From the NCBI GenBank assembly GCA_951406725.2, contig OX597825.1:3162001-3226000 (forward strand): a stretch of 64,000 nucleotides of DNA. The letters are read 5' to 3'. This stretch comes from Octopus vulgaris (taxonomy: Eukaryota). The translations under genes were made by a program, and so were the position numbers. A model generated the notes under the pieces. That model saw only the letters and a program-made list of their open reading frames with translations, searched no databases and was not told the DNA's origin. Positions 55,430 through 64,000 of this stretch are shown piece by piece (position 1 is the first letter of the stretch; every line of letters begins with the position of its first letter).

Positions 55430-56240
55430 TAAATGTAACATAGATTCAGGTCTTCGAAGCACAGGTGAAGTGATTTTTTATCGAAAAATGTTTGACCTGA
55501 CTTAAAATTGTATGTTGGCGCTGGTGAGTAACTATTTTAGCGATTGTGGTTGTCTCTTGCTTTTAATAATCCTATGTGTTTCGTATGGCTTCTTCATTCG
55601 CAGGCCCTACATAAGTAGACATGTGTTTTGGTGAATGAATTTGTATGTTTCAATGTTCCTCGGATTGTGTATTGATACGTAAGATAATGTTTTAAGTTTG
55701 TCGTGGTGCTTTCTTGTTTTCCTTAACTTTAGGCTGTCTATCATTTTTGCACATTCTATTCGGTTTTTAATTGTACTGGCCGGGTATTTTCCATCTAGTA
55801 ATGTGTTTGTTAGCTGTTGGAGTTGCTTTTCTCGGGTTTCGGGAGTTGGTGCAATTTTTCTTGCTAAATTGATCGCTTTATTCATTTTAGTATGATTTGT
55901 GTGGGCAAGAGCAGAATAGAAGATGTTGCTATTCAGTCCGTTCGTTTGAGGATGTCGGTTTCAAATTCAGTGTCTCTTTTCATGATTAAAATGTCCAGGA
56001 AGGTTAGTTGTTTGTGGCTGCATTCAATTTTGAGCTGGATAATGTTTTAAATTTTGTGAGTTGATCAAGGTTATGTGACTACAGAATGAAACACTCATCC
56101 AGGTAGCGTTTCCAGTTGATAAGTATTTTGGGATTTGTCTCCAAATTTCACTCTATCGTTTTCTTATATTTGGTCTTCCAAGAGATATTGACATTGAAAC
56201 CGACATCTTCTTCAAACCAACGAACTCAAAACAAAATCTT

Positions 56241-56242
<2 letters not shown>
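55430..56242 (-). mobile_element. Penelope-like element RT/thumb relic with 5' inverted duplication
   Basis: Minus strand gives NWKRYLDECFI (RYxDD motif), QLTFLDILI and ETDI, and ORF 55607-55885 reads NLARKI...YP...I...SYVSIHNPRN. Plus strand 56181-56242 (DIETDIFFKPTNSKQNL) is an inverted copy of ~55918-55978. Confidence 0.85.
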
Positions 56243-56296
<54 letters not shown>

Positions 56297-57035
56297 CTCT
56301 CTACTTAACTCCCTATCTATCAATCTATATATATGTGTACGTGCTTATTCAAATATATAAATAGTTTGTGGGAGTAAAATTTCTTTACTTTCCTAGTGAA
56401 ATACACACAAAAATTTCCACAAATACATTTTTACGTACTTTATAGAGTGAAATTTTAGTAAATAGGTTGTTAGGGTACTGTGCAAAACATCTCAGATAAC
56501 CTGTGGTAAGCAAAGCTTCTGTCTTATGGCATAAAGCTGTGCGGTTTGTGTACATCATACTGAGAATATGAGTCATCGGTTACCCCTGTCACTAGTGCTT
56601 TATCGAACAAATGCAATCCAGAAATCAACAAAATAATCCAATAACACAATGTTTAACTTCTGATGAAAAAGATAAACATTATAGATTATTGTATATTCTA
56701 CTAAGCTTTAGCTTTGTTTTTTTTAAGGAAAATAACGAAAATATTTTTCCTTTCTATTTGGTGTATTGTAATACTTTTTTCCTCTGAAGAAATTATACAA
56801 AATATGTAAAAGAACACAAAATATCAATAACCAAACAGCTAAAAGAATGTTTTTTTTTACAGAAAAAATTTAACTGTAAAAGAAAATACGCATAACATTT
56901 TTTTATTGATATTTCTCATATCAGTTTGCAATTCTCACGGAAGTTTGGTATAAACGCATAGTAGCAACTGTATTATTTTATGTACGTAGCTAACTATCTA
57001 TTTGTCTCTGTCTTTTGCAATATTGATATATACAT

Positions 57036-57127
<92 letters not shown>

Positions 57128-57509
57128 TTGCCTTCTAGTAGACAGACAAACGGACAAGCAGCTATTGCCAGGATTCTTAGCCCTAGCGATCAAAGATAAC
57201 AAAAGTAATAAATGAAGATAATAAAATTAAAATTAGGGAATGGGCCTGTATTGGATTGTATATATATATATATGTATATGTATATTTGTATGTATGTATG
57301 TGTGTTTGTGTAGGTATGTGTATATATATATATATGTATTGTCCTTACTTTCGAAAACGTGGAGTAGATGAAATAACGACAACTGATGAAGGGGAATGTT
57401 CTTTATGCTGCATGTCTCCTTCCTCTGGTTTTTATTTTTTTGAAAAAAAGTTCGTTTTCTATGTTTTTGTTTTTATGCTTTCGTTTCCTCATATATAAAC
57501 ACACACAAA

Positions 57510-57519
57510 CATATATATA

Positions 57520-57587
<68 letters not shown>

Positions 57588-57667
57588 ATTACGTGTATGA
57601 ATATATATATATATATATATACATACAAACATACATACATACATACATACATACATACATACATACA

Positions 57668-57700
<33 letters not shown>
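57510..57700. repeat. (AT)n and (ATAC)n microsatellites
   Basis: Read directly. Confidence 0.95.
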
Positions 57701-59308
57701 GTGTGTATTATTTGCTTATATATGTGTGTGTGTTTTCGCATGCTTCTTTCTTCAGAATATGCATTCAGAATTATTGCCCTGTACACTAATTTGTGATCGC
57801 CAGATAATTTTTAACTACATCTCTGAATCTAAGCAGGGCTATTAACTTGTATTGCTGAAGAATTCAAATTCTTATGGTTAATTATTGGAAATTTGTAGGA
57901 AAACATCTGCCAAAAAATATAAAATTTTAGATTTCTACAACAAATCGTTTCGGAATTTGCTACCAAATATTTTATAAAATCGGTGCATTGACTTTAGTAC
58001 AAACACTTTTCTGATTATGAACTTAAAATGCCTTCTTCGAAACTTGACTTAGGAGCAGTTGTGACGCAATATATATTTGCACATCGTTTACAGTAACACC
58101 ATATTTTATTAGCATAAATGTATTATATGTTCATTGGTATTATACAGAACAACGATTTTCATATAAATCCTATGGTGAAATAATGATAGGGAAATTTAGG
58201 TTTCGTTGACAGGGGCGTGAATCCGATTTACTGTGTTTCTTTTTTTTATATCCCTGACAACACACACTATTCCTATATAATGTTTCATTTTACACATACC
58301 TGCTTATTTGCTCGTTATGTTCCGCTAATATTTATATTATGCTGTACAATTACGCAAAATTTCCCCTGCAACACATGACATAAAAACAAGCAAGCATCCT
58401 TAATACAAATCAAAATCGTCGATTCCATTTTTTTTTATTGTCAGAGGAATTTTGATATGCTGCATCTATAAGCCAGATTCATAACAGCATCACTCATACA
58501 TGAGTTCTGCTGAATGTTGGCAGCATGTTCATGTCAACTCACTGAGCTGGAATATGGAATATTTCAAAAACGAAAAATTAATAGTTTGATACACATACTG
58601 CCTTCATGCACGTCATGAGCATGGTTGTAATAACGAATGATAGAATGTCCATTTTATGGGATACTTAAAGACATAAGTTTGAGATGGTTTATTAATAGAA
58701 AATGATATTCAGCAAGGAAATTCAGTGAACAGATGCCGGATACGTGTATGTATAATCAAAATTATTTGTGTGGAGATCAAATTATCATTTCATATTTAAT
58801 TAAATCTAAGTAATCCTGATTTCAATTATACACTAAGCGAAGTAGAATTTACTCGTCATCTACGTAGTATAACAGACAAGTAACATTTGAGCGACAAAAG
58901 CGACTTCCTCCACAGCGTTTGAGACTCTGTTGCTCTGATATTCGTCGTTTGGATCTTACTTCTTTCAGTCATTCTTTACGGTCATCTTAAGGCGCATTCA
59001 ACGCGTTTGTTTGATAGAATCCTGACCAGAAATTATTATTTTAATTCTGGCATTCATTCTCCATAAATCTCAAATTTAATTTTGGATTTTGTTGGAGCAA
59101 CTACCTTCAGAGACTCATGTTGTCGTTCAATGCTCGATGAAAGGTCGGTCTTTATGTACTTTCCCGGTTTTCCATTTGTTTCTCTCGTTTTTTACATATT
59201 CAACTCATTTGCTTTCGCATTTCATGTTGCTTACGGTTAGTGATGTCCTGTACCCACATACGCATATATGTGTGTGTGTGTGTGTGTATGTGTGCATATA
59301 TATGTGTA

Positions 59309-59541
59309 TCTTTTACTCTTTTACTCTTTTACTTGTTTCAGTCATTTGACTGCGGCCATGCTGGATCACCGCCTTTAGTCGAGCAAATCGACCCCGGGAC
59401 TTATTCTTTGTAAGCCCAGTACTTATTCTATCGGTCTCTTTTGCCGAACAGCTAAGTGACGGGGACGTAAACACATCAGCATCGGTTGCAATGCTAGGGG
59501 GACAAACACACACACAAACACACACACAAACACACACACAT

Positions 59542-59606
<65 letters not shown>

Positions 59607-59736
59607 TATATACGACAGGCTTCTCTCAGTTTCCTTCTACCAAATCCACTCACAAGGCATTGGTCGGCCCGAGGCTATAGCAGAAGACACTTGCCCAAGA
59701 TGCCACGCAGTGGGACTGAACCCGGAACCATGTGGT
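59309..59736 (-). mobile_element. Near full-length CORE-like SINE family C with internal (CA)n(TA)n
   Basis: Minus strand has B-box-like GGTTCAGTCCC, CORE-like GGCATCTTGGGCAAGTGTCTT, an internal microsatellite and tail GGCGGTGATCCAGCATGGCCGCAGTCAAATGACTGAAAC followed by (AAAAGAGT)n. Confidence 0.88.
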
Positions 59737-60715
59737 ATACGATATATATATATATATATATATATATCGTATATATATTATCCACATTTGCGCACGCGCA
59801 AATAAGCATACACTGACGCACGCGCGCGCCAGAATTCATTCGGCTTCTGCTCACCAAATCCACTAATAACCTTCAGCTGCCGCGGGATTATAATGCAAGT
59901 TAAATTGTTACATAGTGGGAGCGAACATGGAACTAACTAACTAACTTAACTAACTAAAGTCACTGGAAGACAAGACCCACACCAGGCAGTAGTTTATACT
60001 GACCACAACCAGATGCTATTGTTGTGTTTCTTCATTTCCTAATGAAAGTTGGAGATGGTCTGAAGACCTTGAATGAAATTACGCCCAATGCTATTACAAG
60101 TGAATTGCAGTTCAATAAGTCATTCGTGCAAATACACACTAATAGAGCTGGTGTCGCCTGCATGACTATGGATACTTGCATTTGAATATCTGTTTATTGA
60201 CATAATTGACTCCAAATAGGTAATTAATATAGTGTGGCAACTATTTCGGAAAGATCAATGAGGTGTATTGTATAAATTCAGATGACTGGTTGTGAATATG
60301 CAGGCTCGCCATCTCCATTTATATTATGTAGCTACATTAATCTACTTAGAATATTATATAGACAATGAACTTAGAAAGTTTGGGTTAGATAAGCAGTTCC
60401 TCTTCAGTATATCGTAACGCAGTTAATTTTAAAGACGAGGTTAAAATGAAGAAGTGCCATGCGTAGAAGTTTTTGCTAGATTCTGTTAAATATTCTCTGC
60501 ACGTACTTTGGTTGTTTTATGTAAGAATAAGTAAGATATTTTGGAGAAGATTTTTAATTTTCTTTAGTTCTCAGTTCACGTTTTACGGAACAAATACACT
60601 CTCATCCAGGTTCCTCTAACATCATACCGTCGAATATCGAAAGACGTGTGTAGATAATACCTGTACGATATCTTTATAGTAATAGACTTTTGTTGATGGT
60701 TTTCGATATGATTAC

Positions 60716-60930
60716 AACGCGAGCTGAGCTGACACAATCGTTAGCACGACGGGCAAATAGCTTAGCGCCATCTCGTCCCTCCTTAGGAACTGAATTCGCA
60801 TTTCCCCGAGATCATCTTCCCATTTCATTCTTTCCGGGTAGTTTAAATATGTACCAGCTGAACACTGGGTCGATTTAAACGAATTAACCGCTGCCCCCTA
60901 ATTACTGGCCTTGTGCCAAATCTTGAACCT
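60716..60930 (+). mobile_element. Degenerate SINE family B
   Basis: GAGCTGACACAATCGTTAGCACG...CATTCTTTCCGGGTAGTTTAAATATGTACCAG...CACTGGGTCGAT...GGCCTTGTGCC. Confidence 0.6.
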
Positions 60931-60974
60931 GATATTTTGATATGATGGATCTTTGGCCATAATATATAGCCGGT

Positions 60975-61208
60975 TAAGCCTTGTGAATGGATTTGGTAGA
61001 CGGAAACTGAGAGAAGCCCGCCGTATATATATACATATATGTGTGTGTGTGTGTGTGTTTGTCCCCTAACGTAGCGATTCAGCAAAAGAGACCGATAGAA
61101 TAAGTACTAGGCTTACAAAGAATAAGTCCTGGGATCGATTTGTTCGACTAAAATGCAGTAGTGCAGTGTGGCTGCAGTCAAGTGACTGACGCTAATGAAA
61201 GAATAAAA

Positions 61209-61210
<2 letters not shown>
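60975..61210 (+). mobile_element. SINE family C, 5'-truncated
   Basis: AAGCCTTGTGAATGGATTTGGTAGACGGAAACTGA...GCAAAAGAGACCGATAGAATAAGTACTAGGCTTACAAAGAATAAGTCC. Confidence 0.82.
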
Positions 61211-61298
<88 letters not shown>

Positions 61299-62771
61299 TT
61301 CATATATATATCAAAGAAGAGAGAGAAAGAGTGACAGTGAGATAGACGGAGAGAAGACAACGAGAGAGAGAGAGTGAGAGAGAGAGAGAGAGAGGGAGAA
61401 AGACAACTATCATTCTAAAGTGATTTCATTTCTTTTCCATGATACAGGTTGATGAATTTGCAATTGTGTCTTAATGTTAAAGTTACAAAAAATGAAAACA
61501 ATCTCGAAATTGAATTCATTATTCCAATGAATGTTTTATAGCAGAGTGCTAGAGTTGGGGGTAGAGCTTTTCAGTTATAATTATAAAGAAATACAATTGA
61601 ATGATTCTAGTCTCTGTGTGAATATAATATCTACCGGAGAACATGTAAACATTGATCGGCAAGTAGTGCATAACCTACTATTTCCAGTTTTAATCAATAT
61701 ATTTTGAGATATACTGTAGTGATATGTCTATGATATAACGTTTCTCATTCAATGAAGGCGAATCCAAACTATTCACAAACTTTTACATATTTTTTCTTCA
61801 TTTCTTTGAGCTACGTTAAAATGATATGAATTATGATATTAACGTTGTACATTCCAATTTCATTGCTTGTCTGAGTCACATGACAGGCATCATACAAATA
61901 TCTGACAGTAAACAAATAAGAGATTTGAAAGAAAGTCTTCAGATATATTTTCCTCCATTTTATGTTTATTTCATATGCCAGTATGATGTGAATGGCTTTT
62001 ACTATTTTTAAAGTGTTAAACAGATGTCAGTAACTTCTCCAAGTTATAAAAGTAATAACAATATGTAGGTGAAAGCAGAGAGTGTTAATGTGTTTCAAAA
62101 TATCAGTTATTTTCACATGAAACAGGATTCTCTGAGTGTACACACATATAGATATGCGTAGATATCGGAGCAAAGATAGTTACATGCACAAACTCACACA
62201 CACACATATAATATTTATGTATGCAAATTGGCGTGTGTGTGAGTGTGTATTTGGTGTGCAGACATAATATGCACATACATAGGGATGTAATGATGTGTAC
62301 ATATATATGCGTGTGCCTGCACATCAATTCACAAAATTCTAAAAGAAGAAGAACTCTAGATTTATGGCTTTGGAAATGTTACATGCCAGGTGTTGCCAGG
62401 CCCAAAAAGAATCTTCTAACGATTGTACAAGCAATTCCTGACAAGATACTGCTTGGCAATGACATCGATATTGAATGAACAAGGGAGAAAATCCAGAAAA
62501 GAAAAATGAATGTACATCTAGGAAATAATATTTGAAATTTTATCCCTTTAGAAATGTTGCCGATTTTTTGCAGCACATCTATGTATTATTTTATTTTGTC
62601 TATGCACGTGTGCAAAATTACGCACGTATGCATTCAATGAATGTATTTATATACACGTACACACCTACACAAGCGCGCACACACACACGAATCTTATAAG
62701 TAGATTTATTTGTATGTGATTAAGTGTATGTTAGTTACATACATAAACGCCATCACACACATATGTAAACA

Positions 62772-62918
<147 letters not shown>

Positions 62919-63295
62919 ATTCGTTATATTTTACATTTCAGTCCATACATATATATGTTCGTTATTTTTCATATTTCAGGTAGATAATACCGCGGTCAAG
63001 CTAGGGCACCGCTAGTATTGTCGCCTTTTCAATGGACATTTTTATCTCATTGACTTTTAGTGAGGCAGGAGGTTTTATGTTGCTGCCTCCTTTTCAGTTT
63101 CTTGCCATAATACAGGCTCATCCCGGAACATGGATCCCGGAGGTTGAAGGGGTTTCTTTAAAAACATCCACCCCAACAACATACATATATCTCAGATATT
63201 TTCGTAAGGTATTAAATATCCATTCTCCCATTCAATCTAAGACCACGTTGTACAGACACAGACACATATTTCTGGATAGATAGATGGGGAGAGAG

Positions 63296-63329
<34 letters not shown>

Positions 63330-63339
63330 AGAGATAGAT

Positions 63340-63373
<34 letters not shown>

Positions 63374-63462
63374 CATAGATAAATACTTATATATATTGAA
63401 GGACTAGGATGCTGATATATATACGTAAATATGTGTATATATATATACATATAAGGCTATGT

Positions 63463-63574
<112 letters not shown>

Positions 63575-63595
63575 GCATGTATATAGATATATTTT

Positions 63596-64000
63596 TTTCT
63601 CTGGTTTCAGCTCAGAGCTGCAGCCTAGCTGATGCACCGCCGTTTTGTGCTAAAATGTTATTGCGAAGTACCTCGTCTAATATGTGGTACTTGGTGAAGA
63701 ATCGAGTTTGATATAGCTACTCTCATTTGCCCCTCTTGCCGTGAGGTAGGTTCATCTGGGACTCTCGACTGGAAGATGTCCAGCTTTCATTTAAAAACCG
63801 CTACATCTACTTTGTGCAAGTTCCTCAGACTCTTTGAGAGAATATTAAAAAGCTGTGGGCCCCTGAAACCCAGGTTGTTGCAGAAGCTGGTCCTGAAGCG
63901 TGATGGCATTGGTGGGATCTTTGGCACTAATCAGTGTCGTCTCGTTCTAGCATTGGTGTAGCTTACAATGCCAAAATTTGGCACAATTTCTTCCAGGATC
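63596..64000 (-). mobile_element. CR1/L2-group LINE 3' end (ORF2 C-terminus plus 3' UTR), continuing beyond the window
   Basis: Minus-strand translation ILEEIVPNFGI...RGPQLFNILSKSLRNLHKVDVAVFK*KLDIFQSRVPDEP fits the recalled N.LP...FK..LD C-terminal pattern. The 3' tail resembles the SINE C tail. Confidence 0.75.

Noticed and set aside
57345-57490. CTGATGAAGGGG, resembling a hammerhead core
   Set aside because: No correctly placed stem II closure with GAAA and NUH was found downstream.

Overview
AT-rich, repeat-saturated animal DNA with no supportable host protein-coding gene. The repeat content resembles octopus (coleoid cephalopod) genomes; this assignment is an inference from recalled repeat families. 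The window holds dozens of microsatellites, three tRNA-derived SINE families and decayed LINEs (Tx1/L1-like, R4/Dong-like, CR1/L2-like, Penelope-like). It also holds DNA-transposon relics (mariner, Chapaev3-like, hAT-like MITE) and a non-autonomous Helitron. Most listed ORFs are microsatellite translation artefacts; a few are pieces of decayed transposon ORFs. The standout is 22105-23142: a very young 489-bp tandem unit plus an inverted piece, inserted in (AT)n. Each unit carries a complete type I hammerhead ribozyme on the minus strand with an unusually long, structured stem II. It is a candidate retrozyme or Penelope pseudo-LTR that could release a 489-nt self-cleaved, possibly circular RNA. 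Further hammerhead-like and fold-back relics next to (AT)n suggest repeated activity of similar elements. All calls were made by eye; no folding, alignment or database search was run.
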